DNA from: Octopus vulgaris
Lineage: Eukaryota
DNA: 64,000 nt
Direction: 5' to 3'
Assembly (NCBI GenBank): GCA_951406725.2
Contig: OX597815.1
Location: 112,468,001 to 112,532,000, forward strand
Positions 14,731 through 27,639 of the stretch are shown here, in pieces. The notes under the pieces are model-generated. The model had not been told where the DNA came from, did no database searches, and saw nothing but the letters and a program-made list of their open reading frames with translations. A program made the position numbers and the translations under genes. Position 1 is the first letter of the stretch, and every line of letters begins with the position of its first letter.

Positions 14731-15844
14731 AGCCATCGTATAGGAATATTTGTTTCACTTGGGTTCCGGATCCACCTTGTTCAGTTAAATAAGCTGCACT
14801 AAAAATATGCTTAGTATTTTTTTAATTTTCTTTTAATTTTTTTTTTGCTTTCACAGGGGATATTATCCTATATGTCTAATGGAGATCGAAGTAGTATATC
14901 GTTTACAGTTAATCTTTCATAAATATATTAAAAGCATAAGTGAACTCAAATGCCTTATACAATCCGTATCGCCATATCGGTTTGCCGTAAGCAATCTTCT
15001 CTTATGCAGCAGATTTCTACGAAACTACATCAACATATTAGAATCAATTCAATCGATGAGTTTAGTTTAAATGCTTGACACTTCCCATATGGACTTTTTA
15101 TTGACTTTTTTCTTACAGAAAATTTGTTACTGCATTTTGTATAGCCTCATAAATACCCTTTTCAAACAAACCTGTAAAACATTGGTATTTCTACAATGGC
15201 CAGTCTATCTATTTAAGAGTGTCAATAACTACGTTTCCTAGTGTTTCGTAAAGTTAGTTTTAAAGGTATTTGTTTGCTATTGCTTGCAAATTGAAGAACC
15301 ATTAAGAAGCATTCTTCTTGGCGCTTAACTGAGCGTACCTGAAGCCGCGAGAGATTGAAAGAAAGCATAGTCATCTGAAGAAAAAGAAGAAAAAGCTTAC
15401 ATAATACTAACGTTTTCATTATATAGCAAAAAAGCCAGACAGCTGAAGGGAAACAGTACAGCGCTTTGAAATATTATAATATTGATACTCTGGACGAAGT
15501 TGAGAAGCAACAGACATTAACCTGCATAACATCAGGCGCATCCATCTCTCCAGTGCGTGATTGACTGAAAATGTCATTACGACTGCCAGCCCTCCGTCTA
15601 AAATAGGAAAATATAATCGAATACAGGCGTAAAACTCCATAAGTAAACACAGGTTAAGAATCAGTCGAACGCTATTTCATTTCTGTCTGCCTCCTAATTC
15701 CTGGTGACTGAATTTACCTTTTTCTCTGCACAATCATCTTGTGCCAAATCAAAGTAAATTACTTATTCTTATCTCGTAGATATCTTCAAGCACAAAGTTT
15801 TCTATTTCAATACGTTTGACTGTTTTTGTGAACGATAAGAATAC

Positions 15845-15887
15845 GCACACACACACACACATACACACACACAAACACACACACACG

Positions 15888-15918
<31 letters not shown>

Positions 15919-16001
15919 CTATCCATCTGATTATCTGTCTATCTGTCTGTATATCTATCAATCTCTTTTACATACATACATATATACAAACGTACATACA
16001 T

Positions 16002-16034
<33 letters not shown>

Positions 16035-16114
16035 TACATACATACATACATGCATACATACATACATACATACATACATGCATACATACATACATACATG
16101 CATACATACATACA

Positions 16115-16146
<32 letters not shown>

Positions 16147-16148
16147 CA
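15845..16148. repeat. (CA)n / (CATA)n microsatellite block
   Basis: Direct reading. Confidence 0.95.
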
Positions 16149-16497
16149 TGATGGGAAATGTAAGGGATGAAAGATGCCAGCTAGTAAAATATACAGACAG
16201 GTTGTAAGTCAAATACATAAAAGTAAACCAAATGAGGTAATAGAGAAAAGCAAAGGAACTTGTCTCGAGATTATATTGGAATTTATGAGCTAGTAATTCT
16301 ATAAAGCAAAACGTTGCCGGTTGTGTAGTCTCGGCAAAAAATAAGGGCCGCACATGTTTCATCTAATCTTTATAGTACACCAAACACTATGCAGTTGTAT
16401 GCACATTAAAAAGGGTACCAAGCGAAATAGCAGGCCGCTATATGTACAGTAAATAAGCAATAATATAAATAGCAACCAATAATAAGAGCTACTCAGA

Positions 16498-17435
16498 GGT
16501 GGAGAGCTGGCAGAAACGTTAGAATGTCGTGCAAAATGCGTGGGTATTTTGTCCGTCTTTATATTCTGAGTTCAAATTCCACCGAGGTTGACTTTGCTTT
16601 TCATTATTTCGTGATCGTTAAAATACGTACCGGTCAAGCATTGGGGTCAATATAATCGATTACCAACGCTTCCGAAATTGCTGGCCTTGAACCAGTATTT
16701 GAAACCATTGTTAATAGTTGCTTAAGGCAGCAACAAGGCACATTCCTTAGCAGACCTAGTATAATGCTTAACGGCATTTCGTCCGTTTATACGTTCTGAG
16801 TTCAAATTGCGCCGAAGTCGACTATGACTTTCATTAATTAGGGGTCGACGAAATGCCGCTAAGCATTTTGCCCGGTATGCTATACATTCTGTCAAATAGC
16901 CTTCTATATTGGTTTCAAATTTTGGCAATTTCGGAAAGGAAGTAAGTTCCTTATATCGACCCTAATAAAGAAGTGGTAGATAATTTATCGACCCCAATCC
17001 AATGAAAAGGCAAGCTGACGAATTGTAGCGAAACATTTTGCTCGGTACCCGAACGATTCTGCCAGATTACCACCTTATTTAAAACGAATGTTAATAGCAT
17101 TTTCAAGACGGCATTTCGTCAGTCTTTACGTTGTGAGTTCAAATTCCGCCGTTGTTGACTTTGCCTTTCATCTTTCTGGGGGCTGATAAAATGAGTACTA
17201 GTTGTATCATGGGATCTATGTAATCGACTAGCACCCTACTAGCCCCCTTGTAACCAAATTTGAAAACTGTTGCCTTTTGTCAAGTGTTCTTTCTATTCCA
17301 TATCTTCCATGTGTGTAAGTACGTATATATAGATAGATATATTTATTTATGTATGTCTGTATATGCATGTTTTTATTACTATACATATATACACACATAT
17401 ATATATATATGTATGTGTGTATGTGTGTATGTATG

Positions 17436-17466
<31 letters not shown>

Positions 17467-17665
17467 TTATGTACATATGTATAGGAATAGGAACATGCAT
17501 ATACAAACATATATCTATACATATTATACTAAAACACATCTGAGTACCGGACAAAATGCCTCGCGGCATTTCGTCAACTTGGCTTCTCATTTTTTCGGGG
17601 TCGATAAATTATGTACCACTTCATTATTGGGATCGATATAATGAACTTACTCCCTTTCTGAAGGT
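16498..17665. mobile_element. Cluster of ~5 decayed Nin/Deu-domain SINE copies in both orientations
   Basis: Plus copies at ~16498-16710, 16722-16850, 17105-17270 and 17540-17660; minus pieces at ~16845-17075. Confidence 0.75.
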
Positions 17666-17989
17666 TTGTCTGCTTGTTTTCATTACCTTTATTAAGATGA
17701 TAACGATTGCAAATAAAATAGTGTTTCCGTCTTTAAGAAAATAAAAACTCAACTTCAAAATGTCAATTTGCGGTGCCATACTTCAAAGAGTGGTCGTAGC
17801 TACCGCCGTCTGTCCTTTTTCTGACTTTCTTTTTTCTCCCCTTAATCATTTATACAACATTCGGAGTACCGTAGAGTGAACGATAGAAATTCTCCCTATA
17901 TTTTTATGGGATTCTTTAATAGCTGGTACTTGATATATTTTGTTACAAGGGGCAATAACTATTTAATCTAAAATAAAATATTAATCTTT

Positions 17990-18733
17990 ATCATCTTAAA
18001 CAAAAGGCAGAAAAACAGATGGAGAGACTATCGCTTTATAAACGAGAAGTTGCAATGGGAGGAGTTGAATTTCATAAGAATAGTTAAACAATCAACAACA
18101 AATGGATCGTACCTTATGATGAAACTCTTTTAAGAGCGTTCAAATGCCACTGCAACGTTGTTATCTTTGCCTCAGTAAAGTCAATTAAGTACGTAATCAA
18201 GTACACGCTGAAAAGAAATGACCAAGACGCTGTTCAAATATAAACGATATAAACAACATTAGTCAATATCCGATGGGAAGATATATTGGACCATCCGATG
18301 CAGTTGCATCTATTTTAGGAGCTTCAATTCATGAAGGAATACCTGTGATGTTTAGAGAGAAAGTTCATCTGCCAGATGAACAAAAAATATTGCTCAGAGA
18401 TAATGGAAATATGACTGTCACTGCACGTCATATGAAAGAAAGCTTTTGATGATGAAATCGCAAAAGCATTACTTTATGTTGAAGTATTTCCCCTTGAACA
18501 GTAGTAACAAAGAATAACGAAGAAGAAAGCCAGAAAAAAGTTGAAGGTCATTTGAACGTTTTCAGGGAAGACGCACTTGGTCGTTTTTTATGTTGTCACA
18601 CCAAACGGAGAAGAGCTATATTGTTTAAGAATTTTATTGCATGCTGTACAAAATAGTATTTTTACTTTGCCGCGGCACATCGACATTTTCAACTTGGAAT
18701 GGTTGTGACCCAATAGGTCACAGGTACATCCAG
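17990..18733 (+). mobile_element. Internally deleted Helitron (Rep-Hel fragment plus 3' terminus)
   Basis: NNKWIVPY..L.RAFKCHCNV..ASVKSIKYVIKY, GRYIGPSDAV..IHEG.PV..KVHLP, DDEIAKALLYVEVFP and DALGRFYVVTPNGEELYCLRILL. The 3' hairpin tgtgacc-caata-ggtcaca (18704-18722) is followed by CCAG|T (CTAG-like). Confidence 0.85.
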
Positions 18734-18781
18734 TATATATAACATGCAATATGTATACACCCACACACACACACACACACA

Positions 18782-18825
<44 letters not shown>

Positions 18826-18837
18826 TATATATATACC

Positions 18838-19061
18838 GGCGAGCTGGCAGAAACGTTAGCACGCCGGGCGAAATGCGTAGCCGTATTTCGTCTGTCGTTA
18901 CGTTCCGAGTTCAAATTCCGCCGAGGTCGACTTTGCCGTTTATCATTTCGGGGTCGATAAATTAAGTACCAGTTACGCACTGGGGGTCGATGTAATCAAC
19001 TTAATCCCTTTGTCCGTCCTTGTTTGTCCCCTCTGTGTTTCACCCCTTGTGGGTAGTAAAG

Positions 19062-19064
<3 letters not shown>
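18838..19064 (+). mobile_element. Young Nin/Deu-domain SINE inserted in (TA)n
   Basis: ggcgagctggcagaaacgttagc...gagttcaaattcc (B-box)...gactttgccgtttatcatttcggggtcgataaattaagtaccag; TA repeats on both sides. Confidence 0.88.
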
Positions 19065-19102
<38 letters not shown>

Positions 19103-19114
19103 GCATGTATTATA

Positions 19115-19844
19115 TTAATGGGAATTTAGAAGGATATATTATTATCCAGGTGGCTACTGTGGTGCCTCTCAGTTATGTTCCACGTTACGGCTAACCGCAT
19201 TGATTACTATTTAACATCTACGCTTACTTTTGGTTGTAACGTACTCTGGAATATCCTCCCAAATGTAATTTTGTGTTAGCTTCATTAGATGGTAATATTC
19301 TTTAGAGTGTATATAAGCAATAATTATTAGAATAGAAAATATGGAGATTAGTATGTCCACAAAATTCGTTTCCATTTATTTTACAATTCCATACAGTATA
19401 CACGACCTACACGTGTTTTCACTGCACAGGATATGAACAGTTACACATGCAGCCAGGCATAATTTTCTGTGAAGCTTTTTTAAGAGTTTTTCAACCAACT
19501 ACGCTCGAAGCAAACTTCGTGCCTAGCTGTTTGAAAGACCCTCACCTATACTTTACAAACAAAATAAGAATTAAAAATTCTTAATGCTGTAGGAAGCAAT
19601 ATATATACACTAACTGGGAGATGACTACCCCAAGAGCGTATCTAGTTCCTCCTATCAGTCGTAGGCTTGTGAGTAGTGACTAGTCAAATGCTCGATCAGT
19701 CAAAATCCTATTTCTTAGATGTTTCCCGGGATCTAAACTCTCGTTTTTATAAATCGTACCGTAAGCTAAACGGGAAATTCTCCTACATTTACAAACAACA
19801 CTGTCAACCCTTATAGTGTTCCAAAACCTTATACCTAACAGTAG

Positions 19845-19845
<1 letters not shown>
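19115..19845 (-). mobile_element. Penelope pLTR-like non-coding module flanked by (TA)n, with a degenerate hammerhead at ~19405-19487
   Basis: Minus strand: gcttcacag...ctgtgcagt helix then GAAAACACGTGTA; the CUGAnGA box is decayed. Confidence 0.4.
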
Positions 19846-19901
<56 letters not shown>

Positions 19902-20104
19902 CATAATAATACATAAATTGACTAATATGTCTCTATCATGATTTCATTGTCTTTCTGAAAATCACGTAAAAGTGATTCAATTAGCGACTTTGCTGTCACT
20001 ACTAGAATGTTGCTATTTAGGAAAGGCGGAGACTCTGAAAGACGTAAAAATACAAAATTGAAGTCCTGTAGTTCATTTTGACGGGTTTCGAAATGAATGG
20101 GTGT

Positions 20105-20545
20105 ATATATGACATCGAATTTGAAGTTCTTCGGCTGATATGCCTCAATAAGATAAGATATGCAATTTATGGGGTGTTAACCTTGCAGCATCAATATGAC
20201 AACCCCCAACAACTGAGCAATTATTCCTACAAACATAATAATTATTGGAATTTCAGCTGCTACCAACGTTTGCTGTACCATTATTATTTCTTGTTAATTG
20301 AAATGTAATGTTTTACGCAAGGTTACGTGTTGTAGAATGACAATCTAACAGTATTCCTGTCAAATATCTTATCAAATGTATGTTCTACAAGAAATATGGT
20401 ATGGCTACTATGCTATGGAACTTGAAGTTCATCCGCTGCTATGCCTCCATAAGATATGCAAGTCATGGGACGTTAACCATACATCAATAATTTGTGAATC
20501 TCCAACAATTGAGCAATTATCTCGAGAAACAAAATAATGATATAC
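20105..20545. repeat. Diverged ~140-bp direct repeat pair (~20105-20245 and ~20412-20545)
   Basis: Shared ttgaagttc.tc.gctg.tatgcctc.ataagata, gttaacc and caacaa.tgagcaattat. Confidence 0.7.
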
Positions 20546-21662
20546 GGGTTTATTACAAATAATGTACATAGAAATATTTCTCCTGATTATACACTCGAAG
20601 TTAACATAATGTTATTTCGCTTTCAAACTACTACAAGACAACGCTTCGTTATTATAGGTCACATGGTTCGTAAAACGCTGCACATTTGCAGACAAAGGAG
20701 ATAATCTCAACGCCATGTAGTTGGTTCGAAAAATTTTCAGATATAATTAACAATTTCGTAATGCGTCGAATATAGGTGAGAATCACACCACATCCTTCAA
20801 AAATCACTGCAGATAGAAAATTTCAAGAAGCGAAATAGACCTTCCAAACATTTATATTTACTTTTAGTATATAAATATAGTTCCTGGCTGCAATTGGCCA
20901 TTGTCAGATAGCTATCGTTAAGTCACAAACACCATCTTGAATTGGAAAATCCTTTTCTAACTAGAAGCAGAATAACTCCTATTATAACGTCGAAATGTTT
21001 GTGTATTTTTTAACGAATAGTATTATCTTACCATATGAACATTTTATGAGCCTAAACCATCACATGAAACTTAATACTACTCTCATCACTTTTTATGACC
21101 GGATTAGGAACTTAGAGTCATAGTGATGAGGTGATAGAAGTATAATAGTTGTCTCGAATTGAATAAACCTAGTAAAAATCATTATAAGAAATTCTGACTG
21201 TCGCTAAATCTTATTCGTAATACTTAATGGAGAAATTATTATTCTAATTGTTGTGAATCAAATTTGCTACATACGTTAAGATCTCAAAGTCAGATTCTAA
21301 AATAATTTTGATGCGATTACTCAATGAATATACTTTAATTTGAAAAGAGATATTAGACTGAAAGAGCGGCTGATTGGCATTGCGTTGGTACTAGTGAAAA
21401 TTGAATCGGCTGAAGAACGACGTCCTGTCTCAAAGACAAAATCAGTAGTGATACATACATACGTACATACATACATACATACATACAAACAGACAGACAG
21501 ACATACATACATACACACACTCACACACACACATACATACATATATATATACACGCATATATATATACATATATATATACACGCATATATATATATATAT
21601 ATGTATGCATACACGCATACACATACATACAAACATATACACATACATACATACATACACAC

Positions 21663-22560
21663 AGAGAAGACCTGGATAGAAGCACCAAGCATACAAAAAA
21701 GGACTATGCATGTGTATGTTGCCTGGAAGCTTGAAGAAACCAGTAGAATTGACACGAAGTGCAGCCTCTCTTGGACACTAGACCACTACATCACATCACA
21801 CTTTGAAGGTTATGTGTTTGCAATCTAGGAACAGGAGATTGCCACAAAGTACCTAGTGAACAAGAGAGACAGTGACGCTCTTGTAATCCCAAGATGCAAC
21901 CGCATGTCTACCCTATGTCATGTTTCCGTAGACGACATTACGTATGTGATTAACAGCTGTCCAAAAATGTCGTCACGGTACTACCTCCTTATGCGGCACG
22001 ATGTTGTTGCTAAAACAGTTTACATTGCCATCCGCAAAAAAGAATATCCTGAAATAAACTTAGAAAATCCCTATGTTATGGAATACATTCATAAACACCA
22101 ACTCAAGGAATACTGGTGGACTATACACATTAAAAGTTTGTCAAATGTAAGCGTAATATGCCGGATATTGTTGTTTGGGACTGAGGGGCTAAGGTATGTA
22201 ACAACATAGAGGTTAGCTGCCCTGCAGATATAAATATCTCTTTGAAATAACTGCTTCGAAACCTCCAGCTTCTATATCCAGACTACGAATTCATATGCAT
22301 ACCAATAATAATTGGAGCACTAGCTTTTGTTAGTAAATGCTTAAAGATGAATCTGGATAATTGGGAGTTTCAGAAAGAGAAATTGACCGACTGATTTGTA
22401 CATTACAAGTCTAATCTGTGAGTGGCGCAATAAAAATATGCAAGACTTTTCTCAAGTTCTAAATGTGAATTTGCCTGTGTAAACTACATCCCTAAGTTGG
22501 AGCCTTGTATCTTTGTTGGAAACGGGCACCCTCCTTCATGACCGATGGGGGTCTCAGCAT
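21663..22560 (+). mobile_element. RLE-type LINE 3' fragment embedded in (CATA)n
   Basis: EGYVFAI*EQEIATKYL, LCHVSVDDITYVINSCPKMSSRYYLLMRHDVVAK, MPDIVVWD..IEVSCPAD and PIIIGAL. (CATA)n lies on both flanks. Confidence 0.87.
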
Positions 22561-22617
22561 ATACATACATACATACAAACAAACATATATACATACATAC
22601 CCACATACATACATACA

Positions 22618-22890
22618 TTATGGCTGCAGGCTTGTGTTCGAGTATTGCTATCGCCTGATCGAAGTCACATGTGATGCTCGTATATGATTCTTCAGTCCAG
22701 ACAATGAACCATATTCTTTACCACACCGCTGACAAGCGTGTATAATAATGCTACTCTTTTGCGATTCATTCTTGTTGTACATTTTCATGTGGTGCTTGTG
22801 GCCTCCTGACGAAGCACATACCTTTCCACAAATCTGATACCTTTTCGGGTCTTATTCTGTGTAGTCCACAGCCGGTTTGGTAAGATGACT
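22618..22890 (-). mobile_element. RTE-like LINE 3' end with C2H2 zinc fingers and a (TATG)n tail
   Basis: Minus strand: ICGKVCASSGGHKHHMK...CQRCGKEYGSLSGLKNHIRASH..RR*, then a short UTR and atgtatgt tail. Confidence 0.7.
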
Positions 22891-24024
22891 ACATTAATGG
22901 CCGTTCAGTCCCGCCAAACAGAAACAAACGCGCACAAGTTAGCTTTATTGCACACAGGAAATTTCGATAACGGCTCATACATACGTACACATATAATATA
23001 TATATGCATACATACATATGTACATACATATACATACATACATACATACATGCATACATACATACATACATAAATGCATGTATTTATATATGTATCTATG
23101 TAATCAGGATAAAACCAATACCCGTGACAGTGTGCAAGATCAAGGAGAATGATAGGAAAGAGAAAACTGGAGATCAGGCCCAAATGCTTGTAACACTAAT
23201 TTTTTCTGATGATTGATTATCACCCTATCATGATCCTTACCTACATATTGCGATACCTATATCACAAAATATCAATATCAGTATTCTAAACAGACATACG
23301 ATATCTGAAATATAGATTCTCGGACTAATTTTTCCATATTTTACAGAAAGATTTACATAATTTGCAATTTTGATCATAACGACGCTTCTATTTTTCAAAT
23401 ATCTACAGTTGTGCACAGAATTACAATTGTCAACGAATCACTCCACTTGTCCGAATGACTAATGAAATAACGGTAACATTAATTCAATAGTTAAATTACA
23501 GTTTCCTTAACGCCTCAGACTGATTAAAATTTGAATATTCATCCAATAAATAAAAATTCTTGTGATATTCGTCATGTATGGGAATCGTACCTACATATAT
23601 ACATACACACACATACACATGTATGTATTTATTTAGATATCACCATATATAAATTCGTAAACTTATTTATATGTGAGTGCGTGTGTTTGTGTGTGTGCAT
23701 GTGTTATTACGTGCGTGCGTAAGTGTATGTGCGTGTGTGTGCGTATGTGTGCGTGTGTGTGCGTGTGTTTGTGCGTGTGTGTTTGTATGTGTGTAAAATT
23801 ATTTCCCGTGTATTTTATAAAGCTATATTTTGTTTCTAATTCTATACAAAATATATGTATGCTTATTTCTATGTAAAGCAGCCGGCGATAAAGTTGCTGG
23901 ATTTCAATATGTTTATACATGTTCTGAGAGCAATCCTGAGTGGCCCAAAGCGGCAGGCTTGGTGCCGATGTTGGTGGTAGTGCTGCTGCCGTTGTTGCTG
24001 CTGGTCATTACGATAGTGGTATTG

Positions 24025-24182
24025 GTATTTCGTCTTAGTTCTCAATTCAAATTCCGCCGAGGTCGACTTCGCCTTTCATCATTTCGGGGTCGATAAATTA
24101 AGTATCATTCGCATACTGGGGTGAATCTAATCGACTTAATCCCGTCCCCCAAAATCGGGATTTGTGCCTAGAGTAGAAAAGT
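24025..24182 (+). mobile_element. 5'-truncated Nin/Deu-domain SINE
   Basis: ttcaaattccgccgaggtcgacttcgcctttcatcatttcggggtcgataaattaagta. Confidence 0.8.
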
Positions 24183-25779
24183 CTCTATAATCGATTGTAT
24201 CCACTTGCATAATATGTGCCCAATTAGACTATTTAGAAAGCATCGTTAATAAGATACTTTTGGCTTTCTATTTATGTTCCTAAACGTGATTTTGGGTCAC
24301 GTCAGAAAAATTATTTTCGGATAAGTTCGACGATGTTCTGATGTCGATTCTTTAGACTATACATAGGACTTTTTGAGGATGTGTCAGTAGAAGAACTATC
24401 AATTGATATAGTCATTGATTTATGTATTTTGAATTCAGTTATTTGAAATTACTTTTCACCGATGCATTAACACAGATATTTGTTTTAAGTCTTGAGCTCA
24501 CCCTATTTGAGTTCAGCTTAGCGGATTAGTTCGCCGCCTTGCTGACTTGCCCAAGACACACTACGCGAGAAGAAAATGTTCAGTGGTGTTATGCACCTAT
24601 GGTACAGTGAATGGATACGCACATGAAATATATTTATATTCTCATTATCCGTTCGTATAATGCGGTAGAATTAGATACCCAGTTGATTTCAATTACAAAA
24701 CCATATAAACTGAATAAATGTAGAATATCAGTATATCACACGCATTAATATATAGCAAATAATATATGTTAAAACAAAAATTCAATTAATCACTTTTGTT
24801 CATATTTGGATGAGACTATAGATTACAAGAATATATGAGAAGTAGTATTAAGGGTGACACTTTATACAGTTTCCGAATATCTTTCATATCTATTGACAGA
24901 AGCAAATTTACATATTTCTTATTATGCCAAGTTCATTAATTACTATTATTAAATTCAACAAGAACTTAGATATTTCAAGTAATAAACCGTGTACTCTAGT
25001 AGCATACAAAATTCCTTCTTTCAAGGAATGGTCTTCAAGTAGATATTCATAACTGTTAACAGGAAATTAAATGTTCTCTTATGATTTATTGTATAATAAG
25101 CGAGCGACTGGCACTGATTATTCGATCGGTCTTCATAACAATTATGTAGTGACATCTTCAGCTTCAATTACTACGAGTGAGATTTACTCCCACCAGTTTT
25201 CGAACGAAATGGTAAGGTTAGAGGGCTGTCTTAAATAGTGACAGATCTTCCATTTAATAATCGCATGTGACCAAAGTTTAGCAATATTATATTATATTAT
25301 ACCAATTGTAAAATAAATATCAATACAAATTTCTATCATTGAGGCAGGGACAATCAGACGAAGTATAGTCAACAGTGGAATTAATCAACTGCCAATATTT
25401 GTCCAATACTATGTTTAGCAACTCAATTGGTATAGTAACTGGTAGGATTTGAAATAAATACTTCTAAAATAATTTCTACGTTAGATTACTCTCTCCGTTA
25501 CCTGCCTTGTGGAATTTGTTTTCCTAGGATTCTATATATTTTCAACAGCACCAACAAAAACCCACACATGAACCACGAAACAATTGACTTCCAATGAAAA
25601 TTACGTTGTTGATCGCAACATAATCAGCATACTACTACTACTAATAGTGCCACCACCAACACACAACCAACACTACTACTACTACAAATATAATAATAAT
25701 AATAATAATTACCAGGCCAATATATTAAAGAACGGTAGTAGCCCAACATGTCGTGTTAAATTAGGTACCTAAGATGAAG

Positions 25780-25990
25780 CACCAAATCAGTGCGGTATTA
25801 TCCGTACAACTTAAAGTAAGGTGAGTAAAATCAAAATAAGCCACAGGATGTCAAGAAGTGATGCAGTGCGACCATTTCAAGCGGCTCTATTAAATTGAAC
25901 AATGCAATTATTACATGAATTTAAATCAGAACTATCCTCAGCTGCATAAATAGAATTTTTAATTGGTTTGACATATTAACATAATGTAAA
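25780..25990 (-). mobile_element. Penelope pLTR-like module with a hammerhead-like motif (25863-25945); related to 40880-41050
   Basis: Minus strand: gcagCTGAGGA...GAAAtgGTC. The flank aatcaaaataagc.acaggat.tcaag.ag.gatgcagt is shared with 40910-40948. Confidence 0.5.
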
Positions 25991-26139
25991 TTATATATGT
26001 AAATTTATATCGTGGACTCCTCGGTATATCTCGGGTTTCAACGGCTGGTAGGTAGTTATATTTTTTTTATATTTTAATTATTCCTGTGGAAGGTTCTTGA
26101 ACGCAACACCCGTGATAATCAAGGGATTATATAATTAAT

Positions 26140-26450
26140 ATGTTGATTTTGCCTTTCATCTTTTTGGGGTCGATAAAATAAGTATCAGTTGAGTACTGGA
26201 ATCAAGGTAATCAACTTACCCCTGTGCCAAAATAATTTGAAACCATTATTATTAGTCTGTAAACGCGTCGAACTGGCAGAATTGTTACCGCGCAGGACAA
26301 AATGCTTAGCAGGTTTTATCTTGTCTTTACGTTCACAGTTCGACTTCCGCCGAGGTCAGCTTTGTCTTTCATCCTTCCTTGGTCGATAAAACGTGTACCA
26401 TTTGAGCACCAAAAAGCTTCAGGACTTGTGCCTACAGGAGAAAAGATTAT
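26140..26450 (+). mobile_element. Two decayed Nin/Deu-domain SINE pieces
   Basis: ttgcctttcatctttttggggtcgataaaataagta and ccgccgaggtcagctttg. Confidence 0.7.
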
Positions 26451-27372
26451 ATATAACCCGTCTTTCCCAGATTCCATGGTACCTTATTCATTCTTAACAT
26501 CCATGCATATATCTTAATTTTACATCAGATCGTCATTTGTTGAGCAAAAATGAAAAATAGAAAGAAACAGCTAATTTCATTCCGGCCTAGAATGTTATGG
26601 ACTTCTCCTACATATTTTGCTTACTTTTTCTTGGGACGTGTAACCCTTTGTCGGCTTCTCTTTTATTGTTTTCACTTTTTCCCTCACTCTTTCACAACTG
26701 CCAATTTGTTCATGGTGCCCCTAGATATGACTAGAATAAAGCTTGTTTCGCCTCTGGATGTCTCTTGGAACTGATTGTGAGAAAATTTATTTTATAGCTC
26801 CCAGATTTTCACTTGGTGGTTCTCTAAAAACGGCAGGTTTCGTATTCTGTTGTTATTTTTATGGTGTTTTCTTCTAAATTTTAAAGCTTCTCAACAGAAA
26901 TCCCTTAATTAACTATTAAAGCCATATCATTAGCAACAATTTCCTCACTGTTCATCCCATCTTCAATAATTTTTCACAGCACGTATTGCACTGCACAAAT
27001 GGTAGGTTTGTAATCTTGTGAGGTCATGAAAACTGCTTTCTTCATATATACTCCACCCGATCACATATTACCAAATGCCGTGTCAGTGGTGGACGCCTAC
27101 CAACATTGAACTTCGAAGATGGTCATGAACCGGGAACCAGCATCATCAGTGTTATCTTTTACAGAAACCCTTATGTTCCTTCGTTCGAATATTTCGGGGA
27201 GTCGTTTATAAGTAGATACATGACTCGCTTACTGAGCTTGTTTCCTCATTCCGAACTCGGTTTAGAAATATATTTTGCTCCGTTACCGTGCATGTTTTGT
27301 TGTACAAAAGTTTCATGTTTGTGTTTTTCTTCTGGTTAAAATCTGAGGAAATGCCTGAACGGGTGCGCAGCA

Positions 27373-27373
<1 letters not shown>

Positions 27374-27445
<72 letters not shown>
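27374..27445. repeat. (AAT)n microsatellite
   Basis: Direct reading. Confidence 0.95.
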
Positions 27446-27499
27446 GTATTATTTTGTATTGATAGAAATAAAAATAATACAAAAACAATACAATAATAA

Positions 27500-27615
27500 A
27501 AACAACTTTTGGGGAGAGGGATAGTCGATTACAACGATCTCAGTCCTGAACCGGGACTTATTTTTTCAATCTCGAAAGGATGAAGGGCAAAGTCGTCTTC
27601 GGTAGTATTTGAACA
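27500..27615 (-). mobile_element. Decayed Nin/Deu-domain SINE
   Basis: cgaaaggatgaagggcaaagtcg...atttgaac is the reverse complement of the family core. Confidence 0.7.
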
Positions 27616-27639
27616 ATAATAGACCTCTCAAATTCTTCA

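Noticed and set aside
15119-15241. KICYCILYSLINTLFKQTCKTL as GPCR TM7/helix 8
   Set aside because: No NPxxY motif and no other transmembrane exons; likely chance.
16498-17665. Clustered palindromic repeats as a CRISPR-like array
   Set aside because: Irregular spacing, mixed orientation and long homology identify them as SINE copies; eukaryotic context and no cas genes.
22660-22840. Host C2H2 zinc-finger gene
   Set aside because: No TGEKP linkers, degenerate first finger, and it ends in a short UTR plus microsatellite tail typical of RTE LINEs.
23494-23523. Minimal hammerhead-like CTGAGGC..GAAActGTA on the minus strand
   Set aside because: A9 is substituted, helix II does not pair, and it is too short to distinguish from chance.
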